Positions 11,860 to 24,855 of a DNA stretch of 64,000 nt are shown piece after piece. The stretch is from the NCBI GenBank assembly GCA_965287045.1, contig OZ336871.1:127968001-128032000 (forward strand). The letters are read 5' to 3'. This stretch comes from Carcharhinus amblyrhynchos. Taxonomy: Eukaryota. The position numbers and the translations under genes are program-made. The notes beneath the pieces are model-generated. The model searched no databases and was not told the origin of the DNA. It was given only the letters and a program-made list of their open reading frames with translations. Each line of letters begins with the position of its first letter. The first letter of the stretch is position 1.

Positions 11860-13920
11860 GAACCTGTGAGAAGGCAGATGTTATTAAAATAAAGCAGGAT
11901 CTGGCCAAAGTTGACTGGGAACAGCTTACAGGAAAATCTGCAGTGGAGCAGTGAGGGCCATTCAAAAAGGAAACAGAGAGAGTACAGATCCAACATGTTC
12001 CTTGTAAGGGGCAATGTAGGAGCAATAAATTCATGGAACATTGGACGCCTAGAACAATTCAGGATTAGATAAGAAAGAAGATAGAGGCTTTTATCAAGTC
12101 CAAAGGATCAATTCAGCTGTGGCCCTAGAGGTGTATAGGAAGTGCAAGAGGGAACTTGCAAAGCAATTAGCAGAGCAAAAAGTGGGATTTGTGAACAAGA
12201 TTAGGGAGAATCTTAAGATATTCTATAAATACATTAAGGGCAAATGGTTGACCAGGGAAAGAGTAGGGCCCATTAGAGACCAAGGGGCAATCTGTGTATG
12301 AAGCCGCAGGACATTGGAAGGGTGTTGAATGAATACTTCTGATCGGTCATCACTCAGGCAAAGGAGAACATAGGTGCAGAATTCAGGAAAAGGGACTGAG
12401 GACTTAGAGCAGTTGACAAAATAAATGTGGACGTAGGTATAGGGGACTCTGATGGGCTTAAAAATGGAAAAATGCCCAGGCTGAGATGAGTTGCATCCCA
12501 TCAGAGGCTGCTGTGGAAGGCAAGGCTGGAAATTGCAGGGGCTCTGACACAAAATTCCTCCCTGACCATGGGGAAAGTGCCAGAGGACTGGAGGATGGCA
12601 AATGTAGTTTCACTTTAAGAAGGATGGTAGAGATGAACTAGGAAATTACAGGCCGGTGAGTCTCATGTCAGTGGTAGGGAAACTATTGGAGAAAATTCTG
12701 AAGGAGAGAATTAATCTCCACTTGGAAAGGCAATGGTTGATTTACAATAGTCAGCGTAGCTTTGTCAGAGGGAGTCATGCTTAACAATTTTTTTGAAAAT
12801 GTAATCGAGTGTGTGGATGAGGGAAGTGCAGTTGATATAGTTTATATGGATTTTAGCAAAGCCTTTGGCGAAGTCCCACATGGGAGACTGAAAGCACATG
12901 AAATTCAGAGAAACTTGGTGAGATGGATCCGAGAGTGGCTTAGTGATAGGACATGAAGGATGGTGGTAGAAGGCAGTTTGAGTGACTGGAGATCAGTGTC
13001 CAGTGATGTACCACATAGTTCAGTGTTGGGTCCCTTATTGTTTGTTACAAACAGTAATGATACAGATGATAATGTGGGGGGAGTGATCAGTAAATTTACA
13101 GATGACACCAAGATTGATAGGATGGTTAATAGTGAAGAAGGTCATAGGATACAGGAAGATTAGATGGGTTGGTCAGATAGGCAGAGCAGTATGAGATTGT
13201 ATTTAACCCTGATAAGTGTGAGGTGATTTGGAAGAAGTAACAAGACAAAGGAGTATTTAATGAATGGCAAGACACTAGGAAGCTCAGAGGATCAGCTGGA
13301 TCTTGGGATAATTTTTCACAGATCCCTAAAGGTGGCAGAACAGGTGAATAGGGTAGTTAAGACATATGTGATACTTGCTTTTATCAGTGATAGCATTGAG
13401 TATTACAGCAAAGAAGTAATATTGGAGCTGTTCAGAATGTTGGTTTGGACACAGCTGGAGTTGTGTGCGCAGTTCTGGTCATCTCGCTATAGGAAGGATG
13501 TGATATCGCTAGAGTGGTATTCAGAGGAGATTCACCAGGATGAAGCATTTGAGCTACAGCGAGAGATTGCTTTCTCTAGAGCAGAGAAGGCTGAGGGTGG
13601 ACATAATTGAGGAGTAGGGACACGGTGAGTAGGAAGCAGCTGTCCCTCATGAGGGGGCACAGTTTTAAGGTAAAGGGCAGGAGATTTGGAGGGGATTTGT
13701 GAAATGTTCTTTTCATTGAGGATAGTGGGAATCTGGAATGTGCTGCCTGGAAAGGTAGTGGAGGCCAGAAATCTTGCAACCATTAAAAAGTATTTAGCTG
13801 AGACTTGAAACGTCATAACAATATGGTCAAGTGTTAGGATTAGCGTGATGTTAGTGGTAGTTATTGTCGGTGCAGACTCGATGGGCCGAAGGACCCTTTT
13901 GCGCAGTGCAACTCTGACTC
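11860..13920 (+). mobile_element. Degraded CR1 LINE, RT region to 3' end
   Basis: FYKYIKGK, VYMDFSKAF, SVLGPLLF, ISKFTDDTKI and a 3' tail CAGACTCGATGGGCCGAAGG. Confidence 0.9.
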
Positions 13921-16384
13921 GAATGCCTATATTTATGGATTAATTCTTTTTATTGCCAATACTACAATTTAGAAATGGAAAAATATACATAATTTAAGAA
14001 ACCTGTCAACGTAGCTGGCAATCCCATGTCAGTGATGGTTTGGGGCAGGGAAGTATATGAGAGTGGATTGGGGTGAGGAAACACTAACATTCTGAGAAAC
14101 TTCACTAAACATTGGAAAAATTAAACTCGCAAAATCATTTCCCACTAAGTTAAATAGGAATTACTCAAGGGAGTCTTGAAAAAAATTTGAAAGGTGAAGT
14201 AAAAATAACTTAATGGATTTTCAAATGCTTATGTTAACAAGCCCATAGATTTTAAAAATGAACATTTATAAGAATTGTTTGGAGATGGCAAATCATGATG
14301 GTGATTTTGTTCTTTTGGTTCGGTTTTAATTCAGTAGCTATCCTGTCTATTTGTCTTTTCCCTTACTTTCATAGAACGATGGCGATTTAAAAATGAGCTG
14401 CCATGACTAAAGTGCTGGATACTGAGTCATTACTTGCTGGTTTTCAGTGCTGGAGGCAAAGAAAATCACCATTGTATGTTTTCTCAATTTGACAATCCAA
14501 AATCCATCTATTTTTTGAGTAGCGCTGTTTTCAGAAGCGAGGAGGAGTATAGAAACCACCTGCTACGCAGCATTTTCATCAATCCAAAGTCCGTATAGAT
14601 ATTATGATATGGAATGAGCAATGAATATTTAAGTAAAACACAATTATTTGGGTCATCTTTGATCAGATGTTTAGGTCTTTGAAATGGAAGGAGCATAACA
14701 TCTGTTTGGGGAAGTTCTTCAATGTTTGTGTGTTTTGAAAGTAAATTTTTATGAATTGAATATGAGAACATGTGTCTGTTGCACAGTACTCTTTTTAGAC
14801 TGCCACAGTAGCCATTGTGTGTCACATCAAATTTATTCAAATTCCCCACCAATCTTAGATTAATTTGTTTTTGATGTGCTCCAGCAAACAATTGCGCAGC
14901 TTTTAGCCATGTCTAAATGCATTCATCAGTGTTAACCATAATGTAACATATAATGTTACCTTTCTGGTAATCAGTTGTTGATTATTGCTTAACCCACTGC
15001 AGTGATTGCATTGGAGTTACTATTCCCTCAATTTGGGCCACTTCACATAATAACCGAAAGGAGTATCCTGATTGTACATGACCTTCAGGTGATCATTGAC
15101 GTAAACACCCACCAATCTCCACATTGTTCCTGAATGTCTCTCCCCCTCTGCCTCTTTGTTTTCTCACTTTTCTGTGTTCTCACTTTTTCTTTGCTCTCAT
15201 TTGAGCTGCCTTTCACTCTTTCCCTACTCCTTCACTACTCTACCTCTGTCTAGCTTCAGCTGTCTCCCTCCTGCCTCCCCACCTTTTAAGAGCCTCCTTA
15301 AAAGTTAGCTCTAACCAAGCCTTAACTATCTCTTTAGATGTCTCCTTTGACTCATTGTAAATTTTGTCTGATTATCCTTCTGTAGTGGGCCTTGAGACAC
15401 TTTTCTGTTTTAAAACCACCATATGAACTTGCATTGTTCATGTCTGTTGACTATGAATGGAAAAATAGTTTAGTTGTGATGCTTTGAATGTCAAATGATC
15501 TGATTTCATGGAAAAATAGCCACTGGTACAAGATACCAGATAGTTGACAGCAGTTGTGGGTTCATACACCAGTATTTGCCACTTCCTTCAGAAGTAGTAA
15601 GAATATTGATGGACAAGATCTATTTGAGAGTGATTCTCGAAGAATGACTTCATGTTGGGATGATTACTAACCTCGTCATGGAGACCCTTTACTAAAATCA
15701 CTGCCTCATCTATTTTTATGTACTGAAAATTAAGTTTCTTTTGAAAATATTGAATCCATGACTAGTTTTGTTTTTAATTTGCATTATTTCATGAAAATTC
15801 ATACATTTTGTGATCTTGTTTCCTGATGTTCTGATTTTTGGCTGGTTATTTATGACCGTGCACCATGAGTTCCAGCTAATACTTTTGTTTTGGGGTATTA
15901 ATCCAAAATTGATTTTAAAAACAAATAAATCTATTAGTTCAGACAAGGCATGTTCTTCACAAAACAATTCAAATCAGTCATTTTGACAGTGATCTAATTG
16001 TAATTGAAAATTCATTAGCACAAGACAACCAATGCAAATTAGTTCAAGTCTGGATAGAGTTTTAAATTTAATTAAGCAAGACTGTAGAATTGTATTGTAT
16101 ACACTTGCACTTCAGGTCACTTATCTTAACATTGTGAGAGAAACCACTTTTGACCTTGTGTAAGGAGAAAATGGCAGCATAGGCAATGTGACTTTTGCAC
16201 AGTAAATCATTTGTATTACTTCTGTCAAACATCAGAAGCAAGCGCATTTGTGCAGGTAATGTTATGTGCTGCATGTTAACATGAAAATTTTATATTGGAT
16301 CCATGTGAATTGATCAAGTTAATTAATTTTGTAAACTATTTTTAGGAGCAATATTAAAAATTCTTATAGCTCCCTCAGTAAATG

Positions 16385-16470
16385 AACATGCGGTGCGGTG
16401 CTTTGGAGTCCTAGAGACTTAGCCCTGTTAATATAAGCCTACTTGTGACACTAATAAATAAACTTACTTG
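16385..16470 (+). mobile_element. 3' tail fragment of the alternative-tail HE1 subfamily
   Basis: TAAGCCTACTTGTGACACTAATAAATAAACTT, matching the tails at 32.4 kb and 34.7 kb. Confidence 0.55.
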
Positions 16471-17182
16471 AGGGCCATTCTTTGTGCGTTAGCCCAGGAT
16501 AGTTGCTATACACCTGAGCCAGTCAAGTTTTGTGATGATAGTTGGTGAAGGAATTGAACGTGTGGATTGTTTTGAGATTTTTCCTGACTGGAAACGGGGA
16601 GGTTCCAGTTCAATTGGAAACTGGTTGACAACAGAGAGTGATCTCTTGAAAGAAATTTCAAGGCCTAGGCACCATTCATAGTTTACCATATTTTTTTGTG
16701 TGGTTTGCTGCACAGTCTTCTGTCTCAGATTTTTGTTTCTTTAGTTTCTGATTTGGTAGTTTGACACAAATATGGATGAACGTGTGGAATGTAGTAACAT
16801 TTGATTGTAACAAATGGCAATTTACTGTCACCTTCTCAAGGGTGACTTGGGATGAGGTGTGGTGGGATGGGGGCAAGCAATAATAGTTTCACCAATAACA
16901 TGCCAAGGAATGCTGGCTTTAACAATGAAATGTCATGAATGGGAGGGGAAAAGAGATGAATTTCACCATTTCTTAGCTGAATACATGATAGCAATTGGTG
17001 TGCATTTTCTTTTCCTTCTGAGTTGCACCTGTTGCATGTGCACATCTAGCAATATATGTTGCAGTGATTCGTCTCAGACAACGCCATTATAAATTGTGCT
17101 GCGGTGTAATATCAACGTGCTGTGCGTGGTTGAAGTCATTAGGTTACATTTTAGCTTCATTTTGAGGCAATTTTTAAAAGCG

Positions 17183-17383
17183 GCATCTTGGCCTTTTGGC
17201 TAAGATGCAAATGAGATCAAGCCTTGGAGGAGGTGCTATGTCAATCAGCTGGGATAATTTAGATCAAGCCCAAGACAGGAGGAGAGAGAACCCTGTCTTG
17301 TCAGCTTGGATTGGGAATGTCTCAGCTTGTTGAGACCCAGAATTGGACTTGATTCGATTGAATTTGAATTAAAACAAAAAAAA
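17183..17383 (+). mobile_element. Short A-tailed retroposon with a U2 snRNA-like 5' end (SINE or retrocopy of a structured RNA)
   Basis: TCTTGGCCTTTTGGCTAAGAT matches U2 stem-loop I at 20/21 positions. The body is non-U2 with hairpins, there is an A-rich tail, and a probable TSD AAAAGC. Confidence 0.6.
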
Positions 17384-17684
17384 GCACATGGGAGATGAGT
17401 CTTGTGGGGTGAAAACTTCAGAAATATTTGTATTCATCCCAAGGATTTTGTAAATCATTTGCTTTTATCCTTAGATTCTAAGTGAATTAAGTAGCTAACT
17501 ACTTAAAAGGTCCATGCAGTTCCTGTGCTTCTGAAAAATCTATTGATGTCGAAAGATGTTGCTAGAAACTGAAGCTGCCCTCTGGTTAGAGGAAGCACAG
17601 AACATATATCTACATCCAAGTAAATTGTAGAGTGTATGAATGTCAGCTACCAATTAAATGAAAGAAAGAGTTAACTCCTGGGGA

Positions 17685-18565
17685 GGGGAGGTGTAGTGGG
17701 CAGTGAGGAAGGTTTTCAAAGCTTGCAGAGGGATTTGGACCAACTAGAAAAATGGCAAATGGAATTTAACGCAGACAAGTGTGAAGTATTGCACTTTGAT
17801 AGGACAAAGCAAAGTAGAACGTACAGGGTAAATGGTAGGACTCTGAAGAGTGCAGTTGAACAGAGGGATCTGGGAATACAGGTACAGAATTCACAAAGTG
17901 ACGTCACAGGTGGATAGGGTCGTAAAGAGTGCTTTGGTACATCAGACTTTATAAATCAGAGTATCAAGTATTAAAGTTGGAGTGTTATGGTAAGATTGTA
18001 TAAGGCATTGGTGAGGCTGAATTTAGAGTATTGTGTACAGTTTTGGTCACCTAGTTACAGGAAGGATGCAAATAAGGTTGAAGAAGTGCAGAGAAGGTTT
18101 GCGAGGATGTTGCCGGGACTTGAGATGCTGAGTTACAGAGAGAGATTGAATAGGTTAGGATTTAATTCGCTGGGGCATAGAAGAATGAGGGGAGATTTGA
18201 TAGAGGTGCATAAGATTTTGATGGGTATGGATAGAGTGAATGCAAGCAGGCTTTTTTCACTGAGACTAGGGGAGAAAAAAACCAGAGGGCATGGGTTAAG
18301 GGCGAAAGGAGAAAAGTTTAAAGAGAATATTAGGGGGGGCTTCTTTACGCAGAGAGTAGTGGGAGTGTGGAATGAGCTGCCGGATAAACTGGTAAATGCG
18401 GGGTCACTTTTAGCATTTAAGAAATACTTGGATAGGTACATGGATGAGAGGGATGTGGAGGGATATGGTCCAAGTACAGGTCAGTGGGACTAGGCAAAAA
18501 ATGGTTTGGCACAGACAAGAAGGGCCAAAAGGGCCTGTTTCTGAGCTGTAATTTTCTATGGTTCC
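17685..18565 (+). mobile_element. 5'-truncated CR1 LINE
   Basis: ORF 17987-18493 (LEYCVQFWSP...RRMRGDLIE...FFTQRVVGVWNELP) plus 3' UTR. Confidence 0.93.
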
Positions 18566-19383
18566 AATGCAAATTGCTTTCCAATTAACTGACCTGAGTA
18601 TCATAATAGTTGCCTCTATACTTTGTTTGCAAACCTTCTGAGTGCACATGCAAATCTTAGCAAATCTGACATGGTTGACTCTGCATTTCTTATTTTCTTT
18701 AAATGGAGATTTTCCTTAGTTTGAGCTGTTGCCAGGCTACCCCAGCTACTTTCAGTTCTAACGACCAAGCAATCTGTCGTGATAGAATCTCTGAAAACAA
18801 TGAGTATTGAGTTGCTCTTGGGAGGCTGCAGTTGATGACTTGCTTCACAAAATGGACTGTTTATAAACAATTTCCTGTTTTAAAAAAAATAAAGACCTTT
18901 CTGATCACAAAGCAGATGAATTTGGATAAGGCTTTCCAGTACTGAACTTGAAGTAGCACGCAAACTGGACTGTATTTTTGTTGGTAGGAGAGGTTGGATG
19001 TTATTTGTTTCCCATATGGCTTTTTTGCTTATCATGCATATTAGTCATTGTGTCTGAAAGCCTGCTGTGCAAGTAGTTGACAACATCTGCTCCAATTGTG
19101 GTGGGGCATCAACCTACATGGTTCTCCCTATGAGAAAACAGGCAGAGATTCTGGATTTCTAAAAAAAACCTAGTGCAGGAAGAAAATGCCATTCTGTGCA
19201 TCTCAAAAATTAAATGTGGTTGTGACTTGAATGTTGCCCGGTATGGTGCCGACAGAGATGAATTGTGAAGTAATTGGATGTGCACCATTTCCTAGGTGTA
19301 CGTGCTCCTCAGGAGTGTCTGGTGGATTTCAAGTTTTTAAAGTGATTTCTTGATTGGGCATGTCACAGGGTTGATTTGGTAAT

Positions 19384-19694
19384 CATAGAATCACTACAGT
19401 GCAGAAGGAGGCCATTCGGCCCATCGAATCTGCAACGACCACAATCCCATTCAAGCCCTATTCCTGTAATCTCTCCATATTTACTTTACTAATCCCCTGA
19501 CACTGGGGTCAATTTAGCATGGCCAAAAAACCTAACCAGCACATCTTTGGGCGGTGGGAGGAAACGTGAGTACCCGAAGGAAACCCACACAGAGAATGCG
19601 GAAACTCCACACACAGACAGTGACGCAAGGCTGGAATTGAACCTGGGTCCCTGATGCTGTAAGGCAGCAGTGCTAACCACTGTGCCGCGACCCC
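19384..19694 (-). mobile_element. HE1 V-SINE
   Basis: Reverse complement of the HE1 head, V-domain and tail. Confidence 0.87.
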
Positions 19695-20324
19695 AGCTTC
19701 TGGTTAGGTGGAACTGAGGTCCCACTCAATATGCCAATGATTATGTGAAGGTGACTATTGAAGTCAAATGAAATAAAAGCTGAATAATTAGCTAGCCAGT
19801 GAAATGGAATGCATCCAGACTGCAAGTCTTCTTCCTTCCTTTGGTTAACGTTTTATGTGGCTGAATTTACATAGCTGGTCAAAGTGCCTCATGATGGGGT
19901 GTACTTGGTATGAATAAAATATGTGACAGACAACAGAAGATCAGAATAGTTTAACTGGAAAGGCTTCCTTTCAAACCACTGACCAGAGCCATATAAATTT
20001 AAAGGTTGCATATTTGTCACTTGGACTGAATACCTACAAGCCCCAGGTGGGCAATTGCCTCTGGTTTGCAGACATGATATCAGTCTTTGCATTTCAGGAG
20101 TAATTCATTGTTCATGCAAAAATGCGATGAGGTGTTTTATCTTCTGTTTTCATTCTTGCTCATTCTCTTCTTTTTGCCTACCCTTGCATGGTGTCTCTCT
20201 TGCTCACGTGCTCTATCACGCTAGCTTCTAAGATATCCACATTTTTCAAAAATGTGTATAATTTGTTTGAGAAAGGTGAGTTGTCTCCCTTCTGCATTAC
20301 ATTTATGTGGTGCATGTTGCTAAT

Positions 20325-20640
20325 TTTTTTCTATTAATTCATGGGACACGGGCGTTGCCCTCAAATTGAGTGGTTTGTTAGGGGATTTCAGAGTCAACCA
20401 AATTGTAGGCGAGATCAGGTAAGGACGGCAGATTTCCTTCCCTAAAGGACATTAATGAACCAGATAGGTTTTCCTAACAGTGGTTTCATGGTTATCAGTA
20501 AATTCTTAATTCCAGATTTGTTTCATTGAATTCAAACCCAACCGTCTGCTGTGGTGGGTTTCAAACCCAGGTCTCCAGAACATTCGAGTTTCTGGATTAA
20601 TAGTCTAGCGATAATACCACTGGGCCGTTGCCTCCGCAAT
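20325..20640 (-). mobile_element. Second tRNA-type SINE family (non-HE1)
   Basis: Shares the core GGCAGATTTCCTTCCCTAAAGGACATTA and a B-box-like GGTTTGAAACC with copies at 25965, 28985 and 51100. Confidence 0.65.
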
Positions 20641-21289
20641 GTGCTAGACACATTGTCATGACTGGCCAGCAACTTTTGGAAAATTTGACTTGAGCAGAAT
20701 TTTCTTGGAACATCGGAGTATAGGACATAGGAGCAAGAATATCCTTGAGTCTGCTCCAAAGGTCACTAGATTATGGCTAATCTTCTACCTCAGTGATTTT
20801 TTTACATGGTTCTAATCTGTTTTGGCTGGGATGCCCCATCTCAGTGACATGCTCCAATGGATAAAACACATTCCTGAATGTATTTACTTCTAATAGCTGC
20901 AAATGTACAGCCAAAGCTCACCAATCATGGAGCCAGCATATAAATTCTTCAGTATATTCTAATGCTTCATGTTTCCCAGAATTATTTCCTGGAGTAATCC
21001 TGTTTTGTACACCATACCTTATGTTCTGTAGCAGTAAAGCATGTAACCAAAGAGAAACTGCATGACATTAAAAAAATGTCCAAATGCTTGCATCTGGATA
21101 AAATGAATTCAAACCAAGGTGATATCCTAGCAACCTGCACACATGCTGCTATTGCTGCTGCCCTTTTGAGAAAACAACAGTTGATGATGACTACCTTTGT
21201 ACGTTCTTGCATTTTATTTCGTCTACTTCACAGAAATGAAATGCAGGACCATACGTGACTGAAATGTTGAGAGAAGAACAACAGCAGCT

Positions 21290-22390
21290 TTCAAATTGTA
21301 ACCTTTTGGAAGAGATATTAAATCGAGGCCGTGTCTGCTCTCTCAGGTCATGTAAAAGATCCAGTGGCTCTGTTTTGAGGAAGAGTTGGGTAGTTATCCC
21401 CAGTGTCGTGGCCTTTGTCTAATATTCAACCAGAATCATAGGATGCAAGACTGGGCGGAGAAGTGGCAGATGGACTTCAACCTGGATAAATGTGTAGTGG
21501 TACATGGCAGGTCAAATGGATGAAGGAATATAATGTTAAGGGTAAGACCCTTAGCAGGGTGGAAAATCAGAAGGATTTTGGGGTCTGGGTTCATAGGACT
21601 CTCAAATCGGCTTTGCAGGTAGAGGATGTGGTTAAGAAGGTGTATGGTGTACTGGCCTTTATCAATCGAGGAATTGAGTTTAGGAGTTGGGCGATAATGC
21701 TGCAGCTGTATAACACCCTGGTCAGACCCCACTTTACTGTGCTCAGTTCTGGTCGCCTCGTTACAGGAAGGATGTGGAAGCCATTGAAAGGGTGCAGAGG
21801 AGATTTACAAGGATGTTACCTGGATTGGGTGGCATGCCTTATGAGGATAGGTTGAGAGAACTCGATCTTTTCTCAGAGAGACAAAGGATGAGAGGGGACC
21901 TGATAGAGGTGTATAAGACGATGAGAGGTATTGATCAGGTGGACCCCAGGGCTGAAATGGCTGCTAGAAGAGGACACAGGTTTAAGGTGCTGGGGAGTAG
22001 GTACAGAGGAGATGTCAGGGATAAATTTTTCACTGAGGGTGGTGGGTGAGTGGAATCAGCTGCCGTCGGTGGTGGTGGAGGCAAATTCGTTAGGGTCTTT
22101 CAAGAGACTTCTGAATGAATACATGGGATTAATAGGATTTATAGGTAAGCCGAGTAGATAGAGATAAGATCGGCGCAACTTGTGGTCCAAAGGGCCTATT
22201 TGTGGTGTAGTTTTTCTGTGATTGTATGAATCGCAAAAGGAGGGTATCGGGTCATTTTCACATCCTGTACAGGGAGCTTGCTGTGTGCAAATCAGCTGTT
22301 GCCTTTCCTGTATTGTAACAATAGCTGTACTTCAAAGTACTTCATTGACTGTTAAGCAATTTGCGATGTCTGGTGGTTGTGAAAGACTAG
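21290..22390 (+). mobile_element. Deu-domain SINE split by a CR1 insertion
   Basis: Deu core ATTAAATCGAGGCCGTGTCTGCTCTCTCAGG..GTAAAAGATCC at 21317-21430; the 3' part resumes at ~22250. Confidence 0.65.
21437..22222 (+). mobile_element. 5'-truncated CR1 LINE (same subfamily as 47625-48485)
   Basis: WAEKWQMDFN, VQRRFTRMLPGL, and tail GATCGGCGCAACTTGTGG. Confidence 0.92.
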
Positions 22391-22469
22391 GCGATTTCCA
22401 GATTGGACATTTTCAAGATTGCGCTGGATCGAGGCAACTTCTTGCAAGCTGTGCCCAGCATACCTTCTA

Positions 22470-22652
22470 ATTCTATCTTTTACTCTCATTCTATACTTCT
22501 AAAACCTCATTCTAACTCTTTTATGACTGTAACGTTACATTTTGCATTCTCTCGCTTTCTTTTCTATGAAAGATATGTTTTGTCTGTATAGTGTGTAAGA
22601 AACAATACTTTTCACTGTATGTTAATACATGTGATAATAAATCAAATCAATT
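22470..22652 (+). mobile_element. 3' UTR fragment of a Rex1/Babar-like LINE
   Basis: Complementary to the tail at 23030-23150; ends ATAATAAATCAAATCAA. Confidence 0.55.
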
Positions 22653-23024
22653 ATCTGTAAGGTTGTTGAACGCAAAATGCCTTCAAAGTGTGAAAGAGTT
22701 AACAGGTTTTCAAGGGGTTCTTTTTAAACATAGAATTATGTGGAATATACAGCACAGAAATGGGCCATTTGGTGCAATCAAACCATGCTGGCATTTACAA
22801 TGCACTTGAACCTCCTCCCATCTTAATCAACTGTAACCCCTTAAATACATTGATGCTATTCACGTCAACTACTCCCAGTGGTACTGAGTTCTGCATTTTC
22901 ACCACTTCGTGGATAAAGAAGTTTTTCTTGAACTCGGTTTTAATTTCTTGGTGACTTATGTTGATAGCTCTTAGTTCAGATCATCCCTTCAAGTGAAAAT
23001 CTCATAATTTTAAAGATTTGCTAT

Positions 23025-24855
23025 TTAATTTATTATTGTATGTGTTAGTATACAGTGAAAAGTATTGTTTCTTGTGTGCTATACTGACAAAGCATACCGT
23101 ACATAGAGAAGGAAAGGAGAGAGTGCAGAATGTAGTGTTACGGTCATAGCTAGAGAAAAATCAACTTAATGCGAGGTAGGTCCATTCAAAAGCTTGATGG
23201 CAGCAGGGCAGAAGCTGTTCTTGAGTCAGTTGGTATGTGTCCTCAGACATTTGCACCTTTTTCCTAACGGGAGAAGGTGGAAAAGAGAATGTAAGGGGGA
23301 ATGCATGGTATGATCTGGAGGAGGGAACGGAGTGTATGGTGTCGAAATTTGCTGATGACACCAAGATTGGTGGAACGGCAAATTGTGCGGAGGGTGTGGA
23401 AAGTCTGCAAAAGGATCTAGATAGGCTAGGCGAATGGGCCAGGAAATGGCAAATGGAATTTAATGTTGGCAAGTGTGAAGTTGTCCACTTTGGTAGGAAT
23501 AATGGTAGGAAGGACTATTACTTACATGGAGAAAAACTGCAGCATGCAACGGTGCAGAGGGACCTCGGGGTCCCTGTGCATGAGTCGCAAAAACCCAGCC
23601 TGCAGGTGCAGCAGGTGGTCAGGAAGGTGAATGGGATGCTGGCCTTCATAGTGAGGGGGATTGAATATAAAAGTAGGGAGGTCTTGCTGCAACTGTACAG
23701 GGCACTGGTGAGGCCGCAGCTGGAATACTGTGTGCAGTTTTGGTCGCTGCACTTATGCAAGGATATTTTGGCCTTGGAGGGAGTGCAGAGGAGGTTTACC
23801 AGGCTGATACCAGAGTTGAGGTGGTTGAACTATGAGGAGAGGCTGAATAAACTAGGTTTGTACTCGTTAGAGTTTAGGAGAATGAGGGGAGATCTCATTG
23901 AGACATATAAGATGATAAATGGGATGGATAGGATAGAGGTGGAGAGGCTGTTCCCGCTCAAAGGACAGTAGGACTAGAGGGCACAGCCTCAAGATAAAGG
24001 GGGGGCGGTTTAGAACGGAGTAGAACTTCTTCACTCAGAGGGTGGTGAATCTCTGGAATTCTCTGCCTGTTGAAGCGGTGGAGGCTGCCTCGCTAAATAT
24101 GTTTAAGATGCGGGTAGATAGGTTTTTGATAGGCAAGAGGATTAAGGGTTATGGGGAGAAGGCGGGAAAGTGGAACTGAGCCACGACAGATCAGCCATGA
24201 TCTTATTGAATGGCGGGGCAGGCTCGAAGGGCTAGATGGCCTACTCCTGCTCCTAGTTCTTATGTTCTTATTATGTTCTTATGTCCTTAATTATGCTGGC
24301 TGCTTTTCCAAAGCAATGAGAGGTGTAGACCATGTCAGTGGTTTGGAGGCTGGGGTTTGAGTGATGGACTGGGGTTTGTTCATGACCCTGTGTAGTTTTT
24401 TGCAGTCTTGGACAGAGCAGGAGTCATACCAAGCTGTGATACAACCAGAGAATGCTTTCTATGGTGCATCTGTAAGAATTGGTCAGAGTCGTAGCAGACC
24501 TGCAAAATTTCCTTTGTCTTCTGAGAAAGTAGAGGCGTTATTGGTCTTTCTTAGCTATAGTGTCAGCATGGAGGGACCAGGATAGGCTGTTGCTGACCTG
24601 GAGGTCTGAAAACTTGAAGCGCTCAACCATTTCTGCTTTGTCGCCATTGATGTAGATGGGGGCGTATCCTCAGCTGTGCTTCCTGATGTCGTTGACTATC
24701 TCCTTCGTTCTGTTGACATTGAGGGAGAGATTATTGTCATTGCACCAGTTCACCAGATTCTCTATCTCTTTCCTGTACTCTGTCTTGTCATTATTTGAGG
24801 TCCGATGGTATCATCAGCAAACTTGAAAATCGAGTTGGAGGGGGATATGGCCACC
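23025..24855 (-). mobile_element. Rex1/Babar-like LINE 3' portion, interrupted by a young CR1
   Basis: The minus strand encodes a K-F-A-D-D motif near 24810-24825 and a C-terminal TNxLKNSFxPAAIxLLN motif near 23185-23235, typical of Rex1/Babar. The host sequence resumes at 24286. Confidence 0.7.
23304..24285 (+). mobile_element. Young 5'-truncated CR1 LINE
   Basis: ORF to 23971 with VSKFADDTKIGG and LEYCVQFWS; tail (TTATGTTC)n. Confidence 0.95.

Noticed and set aside
17183-17210. Functional U2 snRNA gene
   Set aside because: Only stem-loop I matches; the branch-point recognition region and downstream U2 sequence are missing.
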